A stretch of DNA of 64,000 nt, from positions 3,665 through 67,664 of the forward strand of contig JAJQAY010000083.1 of NCBI GenBank assembly GCA_021203515.1. Direction: 5' to 3'. The stretch comes from Bacteroides sp. GTDB lineage: Bacteria; Bacteroidota; Bacteroidia; Bacteroidales; Bacteroidaceae. The position numbers and the translations under genes were made by a program. The notes under the pieces are model-generated. The model did no database searches. It was not told the DNA's origin and worked only from the letters and a program-made list of their open reading frames with translations. Shown piece by piece: positions 28,653 to 38,602 of the stretch (within the stretch, counting starts at the first letter, position 1; the number at the start of each line of letters is the position of its first letter).

Positions 28653-30689
28653 ATGAGAGTTATTAATTATTTACCTATCGCAGCATTCTGTCTGATGGCG
28701 GCATCCTGCGGCACCGGCAAGAAGCAAGCCGAACTTACGGGCGGCATTCAGCTGGCCAATCTTGACACAACGGCTTTGCCGGGTACTGACTTTTACCAAT
28801 ACGCTTGTGGCGGTTGGATGAAGAACAATCCTATTCCTGCCGAATATTCTCAATATGGTTCTTTCACCATTCTGGCAGAAAACAACCGGAAACAAATTCA
28901 GGGACTTATCGAAGAACTGGCCGCTACCCAGCACGAAGCCGGTAGCGTTGCCCAAAAGGTGGGCGACCTCTATAAGATAGTGATGGACAGCGTGAAGCTG
29001 AACAACGACGGCGTGACTCCTATCAAGGCTGAACTGGAACAACTGGGAGCATTGAAAGACACAAAAGAAGTCTATGCTTTGCTGGGCAACCTGCAGAAAA
29101 AGGGAATTGTTGCCTACAATGTAGTCTATGTAGGCGCAGACGAAATGAACAGTTCGATGAATGCCGTTCAGACTTACCAGACCGGTTTGAGTATGGGCGA
29201 ACGCGAATACTACCTGGAGAATGACGAGGCAACCGCTAAAATTCGTAATGCCTTCCGTGCCCACGTGCAGAAGATGTATCAACTGGTCGGCTTCGATGAG
29301 GCTACCGCCAAGAAGGGAATGGAAGTGGTGATGGCTGTGGAGACACGTCTTGCCAAGGCATACCGTTCGCGCACCGAGTTGCGCGACCCCCATGCCAACT
29401 ATAACAAGATGAGCATGGAGCAGATAAAGAAGGATTATCCCACATTTGACTGGGATGCCTATCTGTCTGCCCTGGACTTGAAAGATGTAAAAGAAATCAT
29501 TGTTGGCCAGTCTGCTTCCCTGAAAGCGGCCGCCGACATCCTGAATACATTGCCTGCCGAGCAGCAAGCTCTGTACTTGCAATGGAAATTGATTGATGCG
29601 TCTGCGGGTTGTCTGAGTGATGCCATTGCCGAACAGAACTTTGACTTCTTCGAACGCACCATGAGTGGTACGCAAGAAATGCAGCCCCGCTGGAAGAGAG
29701 CCGTCGGCACGGTAAGTTCTGCTTTGGGCGAAGCCGTAGGCCAGATGTACGTAGAGAAGTATTTCCCCGCTACAGCCAAGGAACGCATGGTGGCTTTGGT
29801 GAAGAACTTGCAGGATAACCTGGGCGAACGTATCCAAAACCTGAGCTGGATGGGCGACTCCACCAAAGTGAAAGCTTTGGAGAAGCTGGCCACTTTCCAT
29901 GTAAAAATCGGTTATCCTGATAAGTGGAAAGACTATTCCACTTTGGAAATCAAGGACGATTCCTTCTGGGCAAATATGGAACGTGCCAATAAATGGGGAC
30001 ATGCCGAGATGGTGGCTAAAGCCGGTAAGCCTGTAGATAAAGACGAGTGGCTGATGACTCCGCAGACCGTGAATGCTTATTATAACCCCACTACCAACGA
30101 AATCTGTTTCCCTGCCGGCATCCTGCAATATCCGTTCTTCGATATGAGTGCCGACGATGCCTTCAACTACGGCGCTATCGGTGTGGTTATCGGCCATGAA
30201 ATGACTCACGGTTTCGATGACCAGGGGCGCCAATACGACAAAGAAGGCAACCTGAAAGACTGGTGGACGGAAGAAGACTCCAAACGCTTTGACGAACGTG
30301 CGCAGGTGATGGTGAATTTCTTTGATAGCATCGAAGTTGCTCCGGGCGTATATGGCAACGGCCGTATGACGCTGGGTGAGAACATTGCCGATCATGGCGG
30401 TTTGCAAGTATCTTTCCAGGCTTTCAAGAAGGCTACTGCCAATGCTCCTTTGGCCGACAAGGATGGTTTTACTCCCGAACAACGTTTCTTCCTGGCTTAT
30501 GCCAGCGTGTGGGCTAATGATATTCGTCCCGAAGAAATCCTGAACCGTACGAAGAGAGATGTACACGCTCTGGGCAAATGGCGCGTAGACGGTGCTCTGC
30601 CGCAGATTGATGCCTGGTACGAAGCATTCAATATAACGGAGGAAGACCCGATGTTCCTGCCGAAAGAAAAGCGGGTATCTATCTGGTAA
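28653..30689 (+). CDS. M13 family metallopeptidase (PepO/endothelin-converting-enzyme-like) lipoprotein
   Basis: Lipobox MAASCG, zinc motif VIGHEMTHGFD, downstream GENIADHGG. 678 aa. Confidence 0.92.
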   Translation: MRVINYLPIAAFCLMAASCGTGKKQAELTGGIQLANLDTTALPGTDFYQYACGGWMKNNPIPAEYSQYGSFTILAENNRKQIQGLIEELAATQHEAGSVAQKVGDLYKIVMDSVKLNNDGVTPIKAELEQLGALKDTKEVYALLGNLQKKGIVAYNVVYVGADEMNSSMNAVQTYQTGLSMGEREYYLENDEATAKIRNAFRAHVQKMYQLVGFDEATAKKGMEVVMAVETRLAKAYRSRTELRDPHANYNKMSMEQIKKDYPTFDWDAYLSALDLKDVKEIIVGQSASLKAAADILNTLPAEQQALYLQWKLIDASAGCLSDAIAEQNFDFFERTMSGTQEMQPRWKRAVGTVSSALGEAVGQMYVEKYFPATAKERMVALVKNLQDNLGERIQNLSWMGDSTKVKALEKLATFHVKIGYPDKWKDYSTLEIKDDSFWANMERANKWGHAEMVAKAGKPVDKDEWLMTPQTVNAYYNPTTNEICFPAGILQYPFFDMSADDAFNYGAIGVVIGHEMTHGFDDQGRQYDKEGNLKDWWTEEDSKRFDERAQVMVNFFDSIEVAPGVYGNGRMTLGENIADHGGLQVSFQAFKKATANAPLADKDGFTPEQRFFLAYASVWANDIRPEEILNRTKRDVHALGKWRVDGALPQIDAWYEAFNITEEDPMFLPKEKRVSIW

Positions 30690-30710
30690 TCTCCCTTCCT
30701 ATTATTATTC

Positions 30711-30756
30711 AGTCCCGTCGTACAAGTTGTTGATGCTTGTGCGACGGGACTTTTTT
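30711..30756 (+). terminator. Rho-independent terminator after the M13 peptidase gene
   Basis: Stem GTCCCGTCG (30712-30720) / CGACGGGAC (30742-30750), followed by T6. Confidence 0.8.
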
Positions 30757-30780
30757 GTGCTGATAATGTGTGCTTTGTAG

Positions 30781-30933
30781 TTTTCCTCGGTGGGGAACGC
30801 CAGTTTCCCCGGTGAGAAACGCTCGTTTCCTCGGTGGGGAACGACCGTTCCCACGATAGGAAACGCGAGTTCCCATTAGGGGAAACTGTCGTTCCCATTA
30901 GGGGAACGAGCGTTTCCATCAGAGGAAACGGGC
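30781..30933. repeat. Seven tandem 22-bp units, each a GTTTCC-N6-7-GGAAAC dyad
   Basis: Units start at 30781, 30803, 30825, 30847, 30869, 30891 (21 bp) and 30912. The consensus is GTTTCCnnnGnTGGGGAAACGnnC. TTTCC and GGAAA half-sites alternate about every 11 bp. Confidence 0.9.
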
Positions 30934-31028
30934 GCCCTCTCCTGAAAGTACGAAGTAAAGAATGCCTTCCTTTCTAAATTATACCTAATTTATTGTATAT
31001 GAATGTATGTGCGAACAAACAAAATTAG

Positions 31029-31036
31029 TAACTTTG
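31029..31036 (+). promoter_or_regulatory. -7 box TAACTTTG for purH
   Basis: TAnnTTTG match 49 nt upstream of the ATG at 31085. Confidence 0.45.
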
Positions 31037-31084
31037 CATATCAAATACTAAAACATACGCATACTTTATTAATAAGCAAAACCC

Positions 31085-32608
31085 ATGTCTGAAACTAAAA
31101 GAATTAAAACAGCTCTGGTATCCGTTTACCATAAAGAAGGTTTGGACGAAATCATTACCAAACTGCATGAAGAAGGAGTAGAATTCATGTCGACCGGTGG
31201 AACCCGTCAGTTTATCGAATCCTTAGGCTATCCCTGCAAGGCAGTGGAAGACCTCACTACCTACCCTTCCATTTTAGGTGGACGCGTCAAGACCCTGCAT
31301 CCGAAGATATTCGGTGGTGTTCTTTGCCGTCGCGGATTGGAGCAAGACATGCAACAGATAGAGAAATATGAAATTCCCGAAATAGACCTCGTCATCGTCG
31401 ATTTGTATCCCTTTGAAGCAACCGTTGCCAGTGGTGCCGAGGAACCTGCTATCATCGAGAAGATTGATATAGGCGGCATCTCCCTGATACGTGCCGCTGC
31501 CAAGAATTACAACGACGTGGTTATCATTGCTTCGCAAGGACAATACCAGCCCTTCCGCGATATGCTGATGGAGCACGGCGCCGTTACTTCGCTCGAAGAA
31601 CGCCGTTGGTTTGCCAAAGAGGCTTTTGCCGTTTCTTCCCACTACGACTCGGCCATCTTCAACTATTTCGATGGAGAAGAAGGCTCGGCATTCCGCCAGT
31701 CGGCCAATAATCAGAAGACGTTGCGCTATGGCGAGAACCCGCATCAGAAGGGTTACTTCTACGGTAACATCGATGCCATGTTCGACCAAATCCACGGGAA
31801 GGAAATCTCCTACAACAGCCTGCTCGACATCAATGCGGCGGTCGACCTGATAGACGAATTTACGGATACCACGTTTGCTATCCTGAAACATAATAACGCT
31901 TGCGGGCTGGCTTCGCGCCCCACTGTGCTGGAGGCATGGAACGATGCACTTGCCGGTGACCCGGTTTCGGCTTTCGGCGGTGTGCTCATCACCAATGCCG
32001 TGATTGACAAAGAAGCGGCCGAGGAAATCAACAAGATATTCTTTGAAGTTATCATCGCTCCCGACTATGATGTGGATGCGCTGGAAATTCTCGGTCAGAA
32101 GAAGAACCGCATTATCCTGGTGCGCAAAGAGGCCTCTCTGCCCAAGAAGCAGTTCCGCTCTTTGCTGAACGGTGTGCTGGTGCAAGACCGTGACCTCAAG
32201 GTGGAGACTCCCGAAGACTTGAAGACGGTGACCACTAAAGAACCTACCGCACAGGAGATTGAAGATATGCTGTTCGCCAACAAGATTGTGAAGAACAGCA
32301 AGTCCAATGCCATCGTACTGGCCAAGGGCAAGCAACTGCTGGCAAGCGGTGTCGGTCAGACGAGCCGTGTGGATGCACTGAAGCAAGCCATCGAGAAAGC
32401 CCGGAACTTCGGTTTCGACCTGAACGGGGCGGTCATGGCAAGCGATGCTTTCTTCCCCTTCCCCGATTGTGTGGAGATTGCGGACAAGGAAGGTGTCAAA
32501 GCAGTTATTCAGCCGGGTAGCAGCATCAAAAACCAACTCTCGTTCGACTATTGCAACGAGCATGGCATCGCGATGGTGATTACCGGTTTCCGTCATTTCA
32601 AACACTAA
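31085..32608 (+). CDS. purH: Bifunctional AICAR formyltransferase / IMP cyclohydrolase PurH
   Basis: 507 aa. The MGS-like N-terminus (ALVSVYHKEGL) and conserved LRYGENPHQ and IQPGSSIK blocks support the call. Confidence 0.95.
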   Translation: MSETKRIKTALVSVYHKEGLDEIITKLHEEGVEFMSTGGTRQFIESLGYPCKAVEDLTTYPSILGGRVKTLHPKIFGGVLCRRGLEQDMQQIEKYEIPEIDLVIVDLYPFEATVASGAEEPAIIEKIDIGGISLIRAAAKNYNDVVIIASQGQYQPFRDMLMEHGAVTSLEERRWFAKEAFAVSSHYDSAIFNYFDGEEGSAFRQSANNQKTLRYGENPHQKGYFYGNIDAMFDQIHGKEISYNSLLDINAAVDLIDEFTDTTFAILKHNNACGLASRPTVLEAWNDALAGDPVSAFGGVLITNAVIDKEAAEEINKIFFEVIIAPDYDVDALEILGQKKNRIILVRKEASLPKKQFRSLLNGVLVQDRDLKVETPEDLKTVTTKEPTAQEIEDMLFANKIVKNSKSNAIVLAKGKQLLASGVGQTSRVDALKQAIEKARNFGFDLNGAVMASDAFFPFPDCVEIADKEGVKAVIQPGSSIKNQLSFDYCNEHGIAMVITGFRHFKH

Positions 32609-32717
32609 TAGATTTCAGATTTTAGATTTCAGATTTATGATGGACTGTATCCCATCGGACATGTTGGCATCACTCATAAATCTGAAATCTGAAATCATAA
32701 ATTATAAATCATAAATC
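32609..32717. repeat. REP-like hairpin element, arms of (A)GATTTCA / TGAAATC(T) sub-repeats
   Basis: TAGATTTCAGATTTTAGATTTCAGATTTATGATG ... CATCACTCATAAATCTGAAATCTGAAATCATAAATTATAAATCATAAATC. It fills the purH-stop to mreB-ATG gap. Confidence 0.85.
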
Positions 32718-32720
32718 AAC

Positions 32721-33743
32721 ATGGGATTATTCTCTTTTACACAAGGGATAGCGATGGACCTTGGCACAGCCAATACCATCATCACAACAAACGGTAAGAT
32801 TGTGGTGGATGAACCTTCGGTAGTGGCGTTGGACCGTCGTACAGACAAGATGATTGCCGTGGGCGAGAAGGCAAAGCTGATGCACGAAAAGACCCACGAA
32901 AATATACGTACCATCCATCCCCTGCGCGACGGCGTGATTGCCGACTTCTATGCTTGCGAGCAGATGATACGCGGACTTATCAAGATGGTGAACAATCGCA
33001 ACCGGTTGTTCTCTCCTTCACTCCGCATGGTAATCGGCGTTCCGTCGGGAAGCACCGAAGTAGAACTTCGTGCCGTGCGCGACTCTGCCGAACATGCAGG
33101 CGGACGTGACGTTTATCTGATTTTCGAACCGATGGCCGCCGCTATCGGTATCGGCATCGATGTAGAGGCACCGGAAGGCAACATGATTGTCGATATAGGT
33201 GGTGGCTCTACGGAAATCGCCGTTATCTCCCTGGGAGGTATTGTCAGCAACAACTCCATCCGCATTGCCGGCAACGACTTGACTGCCGACATCCAGGAAT
33301 ACATGAGCCGCCAACACAATGTGAAGGTCAGCGAACGTATGGCAGAGCGTATCAAGATTAATGTAGGTGCGGCCCTGACCGAACTTGGCGAGGATGCTCC
33401 CGAAGACTATATCGTTCATGGTCCGAACCGCATCACGGCCTTGCCGATGGAAGTGCCCGTATGCTATCAGGAAGTGGCACACTGTCTGGAGAAGTCCATC
33501 TCCAAGATTGAAACCGCCACCCTGAGTGCATTGGAGAATACGCCTCCCGAACTGTATGCCGACATCGTGCACAACGGTATCTACCTGGCCGGTGGCGGTG
33601 CTTTGCTTCGTGGACTCGACAAACGTCTGACTGATAAAATAAACATACCGTTCCACATTGCGGAAGACCCCTTGCATGCCGTTGCCAAAGGTGCCGGCGT
33701 TGCGCTGAAGAACGTTGACCGCTTCTCATTCCTGATGAGATAA
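32721..33743 (+). CDS. mreB: Rod shape-determining protein MreB
   Basis: Actin-fold motifs DLGTANT and VDIGGGSTE. 340 aa. Confidence 0.96.
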   Translation: MGLFSFTQGIAMDLGTANTIITTNGKIVVDEPSVVALDRRTDKMIAVGEKAKLMHEKTHENIRTIHPLRDGVIADFYACEQMIRGLIKMVNNRNRLFSPSLRMVIGVPSGSTEVELRAVRDSAEHAGGRDVYLIFEPMAAAIGIGIDVEAPEGNMIVDIGGGSTEIAVISLGGIVSNNSIRIAGNDLTADIQEYMSRQHNVKVSERMAERIKINVGAALTELGEDAPEDYIVHGPNRITALPMEVPVCYQEVAHCLEKSISKIETATLSALENTPPELYADIVHNGIYLAGGGALLRGLDKRLTDKINIPFHIAEDPLHAVAKGAGVALKNVDRFSFLMR

Positions 33744-33747
33744 GCGT

Positions 33748-34590
33748 ATGCGAAATTTACTGAACTTTCTCGTTAAATATAATTACTGGTTCCTCTTTCT
33801 TTTGTTAGAGGTAGCCAGTTTTGTTTTATTGTTTCGCTTCAACCATTATCAGCAGAGTGTGTATTTCACATCGGCCAATGGATTGGCGGGGAAGGTTTAT
33901 GAGGTTTCGGGCGGCATTAGTTCCTACTTTCATCTGAAGTCGGTCAATGAAGATTTGCTCGACCGGAATATGTGGCTGGAACAACGGGCGGCATTCCTGG
34001 AAAAGATGCTGCTGGAGCAGGGACTGGACTCGGTGAAGTTGTACAGCCTTGAACGCTTGGCTCCGGTAGATTATCGCATCTTTAAAGCCAGTGTCATCAA
34101 GAACAGTTTGAATAAGGCGGACAATTATATTACGCTCAACCGCGGTGCGGCGGCAGGTATTCGTCCGGAAATGGGCGTTGTGGATGCCAATGGTGTGGTG
34201 GGCATCGTGTATAAGACGTCTCCCCGGTATTCGTTGGTCATTCCGTTGCTGAACAGCAAGTCCAGCATCAGTTGCAAGATTGTGGGCAGCGCCTATTTCG
34301 GTTATCTGAAGTGGGAGGGAGGAGACTCGCGTTATGCCTATTTGAAGGACTTGCCGCGTCATGCCGAGTTCAACTTGGGCGATACGGTGGTCACCAGCGG
34401 CTATTCTACGGTATTCCCCGAAGGAGTTATGGTAGGTACGGTTGATGATATGGCCGATTCGCACGACGGACTTTCATATTTATTGAAGATAAGACTGGCT
34501 ACGGACTTTGGAAAGGTGAGCAATGTGCGCGTCATAGCACGCACGGGGCAGGATGAACAGAAGAAGTTGGAAGAAGAAGAAGGAAAATAG
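33748..34590 (+). CDS. mreC: Rod shape-determining protein MreC
   Basis: The gene lies directly after mreB. It has an N-terminal TM helix plus coiled coil, then a beta-rich C-terminal domain. 280 aa. Confidence 0.88.
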   Translation: MRNLLNFLVKYNYWFLFLLLEVASFVLLFRFNHYQQSVYFTSANGLAGKVYEVSGGISSYFHLKSVNEDLLDRNMWLEQRAAFLEKMLLEQGLDSVKLYSLERLAPVDYRIFKASVIKNSLNKADNYITLNRGAAAGIRPEMGVVDANGVVGIVYKTSPRYSLVIPLLNSKSSISCKIVGSAYFGYLKWEGGDSRYAYLKDLPRHAEFNLGDTVVTSGYSTVFPEGVMVGTVDDMADSHDGLSYLLKIRLATDFGKVSNVRVIARTGQDEQKKLEEEEGK

Positions 34591-34623
34591 ACGGAAGTTG
34601 TCAATTGTCAATTCTAAAGAAGA

Positions 34624-35136
34624 ATGGTTATCAATTATTTGCATAAGATAGGGTGGTTTATCGGTTTGGTACTGTTGCAGGTGCTGATACTGAACAATGT
34701 GCATATGGCCGGGTATGCCACTCCATTTCTATATATCTACCTGATATTGAAGTTTGAGTCGGACGTATCGCGCAATGCTTTGATGTTGTGGGCGTTCTTC
34801 CTCGGACTGACGGTCGATATATTTTCGGATACTCCGGGAATGAATGCGGCGGCTATCGTGCTGCTGGCTTTCGTGCGGCCTACTTTCCTGCGCTTGTTTA
34901 CTCCCCGCGATACACCGGATATGTTGGCACCCGCCGCCCGTACGATTGGATTTTCTTCTTTCTTGAAATATTTGATAATCTGTGTTTTGGTACACCACGG
35001 CATACTACTTACTATTGAATTCTTTTCTTTTGCCAACATCGGAGTATTGTTACTCAGGATTGTGGCAAGTTCATTGCTGACGGTGGTCTGCATTATGGCG
35101 ATAGAGGGAATTCGGAAGAAGCAACCGCCCTTGTAA
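34624..35136 (+). CDS. mreD: Rod shape-determining protein MreD
   Basis: 170-aa polytopic membrane protein in the mreC-mrdA position. Confidence 0.8.
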   Translation: MVINYLHKIGWFIGLVLLQVLILNNVHMAGYATPFLYIYLILKFESDVSRNALMLWAFFLGLTVDIFSDTPGMNAAAIVLLAFVRPTFLRLFTPRDTPDMLAPAARTIGFSSFLKYLIICVLVHHGILLTIEFFSFANIGVLLLRIVASSLLTVVCIMAIEGIRKKQPPL

Positions 35137-35159
35137 TTAGTAATTTGTAATTAGTAATT
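35134..35159. repeat. Direct repeat of the near-palindromic 12-mer TAATTAGTAATT (x2)
   Basis: Copies are at 35134-35145 and 35148-35159. They overlap the mreD stop, in the short mreD-mrdA spacer. Confidence 0.6.
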
Positions 35160-35173
35160 CGTATTTTTCTTAA

Positions 35174-37039
35174 ATGAAAGACTATACACTGGAGAAACGA
35201 AAATATGTGATAGGCATGGCGGCTGTCGTCATTGTCCTCATTTATGCGCTTCGACTGTTCGACTTGCAAATCATGACGGATGATTACAAGAAGAATGCAG
35301 ACAGTAATGCCTTCCTGAATAAGATACAATACCCTTTGCGCGGAGCCATTTACGACCGCACTGGCAAGTTGCTGGTGTTCAATCAGCCGGCCTATGATAT
35401 AACTTTTGTCCCGCGTGAGGTGACGCAACTTGATACGCTGGACTTCTGCCGGGCGCTGAACATCACCCACGAACAGTTCCAGAAGCGAATGAAGGACGTG
35501 AGGAACCGCTGGATGAATCCCGGTTATTCCAAATACACGCATCAGGTATTCATGACGCAACTCTCTGCCGAGGAGTGCGGGGTGTTTCAGGAAAAGCTGT
35601 TCAAGTTTCCTGGTTTCTATATTCAGCGGCGTATCATCCGGCAATATACTTATAATTCTGCGGCCCATACGTTGGGTGATATTGGCGAAGTTTCCAAGAA
35701 AGATATTGAAGCGGATAACTATTATATTCGCGGTGACTATATCGGAATGCAGGGCATCGAGAAATCTTACGAGAAATACCTGCGTGGAGAAAAGGGCGTA
35801 GAGATTTTGCTTCGCGATGCGCACGGGCGTATTCAGGGGCATTATATGGATGGAAAGCTCGACCGTCCTTCCGTGCCCGGCAAGAACCTGACTTTAGGGA
35901 TAGACATCGAATTGCAAAGACTGGGCGAACGCTTGTTGCAACATAAGATTGGAGCGATTGTCGCCATCGAGCCTGCTACGGGCGAAATACTTTGCATGGT
36001 TTCTTCACCGACTTTTGACCCTCACCTGATGATTGGCCGCCAACGTGGAAAAAACCACCGGATGCTGCAAATGGATAAACGGAAACCTTTGCTGAACCGG
36101 GCAATCATGGGTGCTTATCCGCCAGGGTCGACTTTCAAGACGGCGCAGGCGCTGACGTTCTTGCAGGAAGAGATTATTCACGAAGATTATCCTGCTTTTC
36201 CTTGTGCGCACGGCTTCAACTATGGTAGTTTGCACGTGGGATGTCACGGACATGCTTCTCCTTTGCCTTTAGTACCGGCAATCGCTACTTCCTGCAACTC
36301 TTACTTCTGTTGGGGATTGTTCAGGATGTTCAGCGATAAGAAATACGGTTCCCCTCAGAATGCCATTACCGTATGGAAGGATCACATGGTGTCGCAGGGG
36401 TTCGGCTATCGTCTGGGTACGGACCTTCCCGGCGAGCAGCGCGGACTAATCCCGAATGCGAAGTTCTATGATAAAGCCTATCGCGGCTCCTGGAACGGAC
36501 TGACGGTTATCAGTATAGCCATCGGCCAGGGCGAAATTCTGGCTACTCCTTTGCAGATAGCCAATCTGGGGGCGACCATTGCCAACCGGGGGCATTTCAT
36601 TACTCCGCACATCGTGAAGGAAATACAAGATAACGAACTGGATAGCATCTACCGGACTCCGCGCTATCCCACCATCGACCGCGAATATTACGAGGAAGTG
36701 GTGAAAGGTATGCGTGCAGCCGTCACCGGAAGTACGGGTAGTGCTACTTGCCGCATGGTCGGTGCTATGTTGTCGGGCGTGGAAGCCTGCGGTAAGACGG
36801 GTACGGCGCAAAATCGCGGAAAAGACCACTCTGTCTTTATGGGCTTTGCACCGATGGACAATCCCAAGATTGCCATCGCAGTCTATGTGGAGAATGGCGG
36901 CTTTGGCGCTACTTATGGAGTACCTATCGGTGCTATGATGATGGATCAGTATTTACACGGAAAACTATCTCCCGAAAATGAGATACGGGCGGAAGAGTTT
37001 AGTAACCGCGTTATATTGTATGGTGACGAAGAGAGATAA
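35174..37039 (+). CDS. mrdA: Penicillin-binding protein 2 (elongasome transpeptidase)
   Basis: SxxK (PGSTFKT), SxN (TSCNSYF) and KTG (GKTGTAQ) motifs. 621 aa, in the mre/rodA cluster. Confidence 0.93.
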   Translation: MKDYTLEKRKYVIGMAAVVIVLIYALRLFDLQIMTDDYKKNADSNAFLNKIQYPLRGAIYDRTGKLLVFNQPAYDITFVPREVTQLDTLDFCRALNITHEQFQKRMKDVRNRWMNPGYSKYTHQVFMTQLSAEECGVFQEKLFKFPGFYIQRRIIRQYTYNSAAHTLGDIGEVSKKDIEADNYYIRGDYIGMQGIEKSYEKYLRGEKGVEILLRDAHGRIQGHYMDGKLDRPSVPGKNLTLGIDIELQRLGERLLQHKIGAIVAIEPATGEILCMVSSPTFDPHLMIGRQRGKNHRMLQMDKRKPLLNRAIMGAYPPGSTFKTAQALTFLQEEIIHEDYPAFPCAHGFNYGSLHVGCHGHASPLPLVPAIATSCNSYFCWGLFRMFSDKKYGSPQNAITVWKDHMVSQGFGYRLGTDLPGEQRGLIPNAKFYDKAYRGSWNGLTVISIAIGQGEILATPLQIANLGATIANRGHFITPHIVKEIQDNELDSIYRTPRYPTIDREYYEEVVKGMRAAVTGSTGSATCRMVGAMLSGVEACGKTGTAQNRGKDHSVFMGFAPMDNPKIAIAVYVENGGFGATYGVPIGAMMMDQYLHGKLSPENEIRAEEFSNRVILYGDEER

Positions 37040-37041
37040 AC

Positions 37042-37117
37042 ATTAAGGTATTAGGTATTAACTATGCAGATTGCAGCCGCACCTAATACTTAATATCTAA
37101 TACTTAATACTTAATAA
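37042..37117. repeat. REP-like hairpin element, arms of TAATAC(T)/GGTATTA sub-repeats with loop CTATGCAG...AGCCGCA
   Basis: ATTAAGGTATTAGGTATTAA-CTATGCAGATTGCAGCCGC-ACCTAATACTTAATATCTAATACTTAATACTTAATAA. The loop resembles that of the AGTTGAA-class elements. Confidence 0.85.
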
Positions 37118-37130
37118 AATTAGTTGGGTC

Positions 37131-38588
37131 GTGACGAGAAGAGGTAGTATATGGAAATCATTGGATTGGGTGACGATTGTCGTTTACCTGATGCTGATTA
37201 CTTTTGGCTGGTTTAGCGTGTGCGGGGCAAGTTATGATTATAGCGACCGCGATTTCCTTGATTTCTCTACCCGTGCGGGTAAGCAGTTTGTGTGGATAAT
37301 CTGCTCCTTTGGGCTAGGCTTTGTGTTGCTGATGCTGGAGGATACGCTGTATGACATGTTTGCATACCTTATATATATAGGGTTGATGCTGCTGCTCATT
37401 GTCACGATATTCATAGCTCCCGATACGAAAGGGTCGCGTTCGTGGCTGATACTGGGGCCGGTCAGTTTGCAGCCGGCGGAGTTTGCCAAGTTTGCAACGG
37501 CACTGGCGCTTGCCAAGTATATGAGTGCCTACTCCTTCACCATGAAAAACTGGAAGCATGCGGCAGCGCTGGTTTTCTTTATATTGTTTCCCATGATGCT
37601 GATTATTCTTCAGCGGGAGACGGGGTCTGCATTGGTATATACGGCTTTCTTCCTGATGCTTTATCGCGAAGGCATGCCCGGCGTGGTACTCTTCTCCGGA
37701 CTTTGCGCGGTGGTTTATTTCGTGGTAGGCATTCGCTTCGACCAGGTGTTTATTGCGGATACTCCGACGCCTATCGGAGAGTTTGCCGTGTTGTCGATGG
37801 TATTGCTCTTTGCCGGCGGCATGGTGTGGGTGTATAAGAAGAAATGGCAACCGGTATGGCATATCATAGGCGGCTCGTGTGTGGTGTTGCTGATTGCTTA
37901 TCTTATATCGGAATATATCACTCCTTTCAATCTTATATGGGTGCAGTGGGGATTGTGCGTGGTTGTAGTATGCTACTTATTCATTCTTTCTCTGAGCGAG
38001 CGCCATATCAGCTATTTCCTGATAGGATTGTTTGCAATCGGTTCGATAGGTTTTCTCTATTCCAGTGATTACTTCTTTAACAAGGTGTTGGAACCTCACC
38101 AGCAGATACGTATCAAGGTGGTGCTCGGCATGGAAGAAGACCTTGCAGGGGCGGGGTATAATGTCAATCAGTCGAAGATAGCTATAGGCTCCGGCGGACT
38201 GACGGGAAAAGGCTTCCTGAACGGTACACAAACCAAGTTGAAATATGTGCCCGAACAGGATACGGACTTTATCTTCTGTACGGTGGGTGAAGAAGAAGGA
38301 TTTGTGGGCTCTACGGCAGTGTTGTTCTTGTTTCTCGTTCTGATACTTCGGCTGATAGTGTTGGCAGAGCGCCAGCAGTCTGCATTCGGGAGGGTGTATG
38401 GGTATTCGGTGCTAAGCATCTTCCTGTTCCATCTGTTTATCAATATCGGGATGGTGCTGGGCTTGACGCCCGTAATCGGTATTCCGTTGCCTTTCTTCAG
38501 TTACGGAGGCTCTTCGTTGTGGGGCTTCACGATTTTGCTGTTTATCTTTCTGCGTATCGATGCGGGGAGAAACAGGAGATTGGTGTAG
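37131..38588 (+). CDS. rodA: Rod shape-determining protein RodA (SEDS family)
   Basis: 485-aa polytopic protein with the conserved C-terminal block GLTPVIGIPLPFFSYGGSS. GTG start. Confidence 0.92.
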   Translation: MTRRGSIWKSLDWVTIVVYLMLITFGWFSVCGASYDYSDRDFLDFSTRAGKQFVWIICSFGLGFVLLMLEDTLYDMFAYLIYIGLMLLLIVTIFIAPDTKGSRSWLILGPVSLQPAEFAKFATALALAKYMSAYSFTMKNWKHAAALVFFILFPMMLIILQRETGSALVYTAFFLMLYREGMPGVVLFSGLCAVVYFVVGIRFDQVFIADTPTPIGEFAVLSMVLLFAGGMVWVYKKKWQPVWHIIGGSCVVLLIAYLISEYITPFNLIWVQWGLCVVVVCYLFILSLSERHISYFLIGLFAIGSIGFLYSSDYFFNKVLEPHQQIRIKVVLGMEEDLAGAGYNVNQSKIAIGSGGLTGKGFLNGTQTKLKYVPEQDTDFIFCTVGEEEGFVGSTAVLFLFLVLILRLIVLAERQQSAFGRVYGYSVLSIFLFHLFINIGMVLGLTPVIGIPLPFFSYGGSSLWGFTILLFIFLRIDAGRNRRLV

Positions 38589-38602
38589 TCGGTAATCGGC
38601 TC

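Noticed and set aside
28671-30566. A very long antisense ORF (631 aa) opposite the M13 peptidase gene. Similar ones are 31274-32605 (purH), 26638-27663 (ABC-F), 15898-17100 (tamB), 5249-6214 (S9) and 21719-22660 (tamA).
   Set aside because: Each lies entirely within a sense gene that has unambiguous family motifs. The translations are low-complexity and Arg/His/Gln-rich with no recognisable domains. They are most simply explained by avoidance of TTA/CTA/TCA codons in the sense frame, which produces shadow ORFs.
30497-30919. A 140-aa minus-strand ORF downstream of the M13 peptidase gene.
   Set aside because: It is produced by reading through the 22-bp tandem array (periodic ...GNSRFLSWERSFPTEETSVSHRGNW...) and overlaps the peptidase 3' end. 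It is a repeat artefact.
30781-30933. A possible CRISPR array.
   Set aside because: The period is only 22 bp with no unique spacers between repeats, and there are no cas genes in the window.
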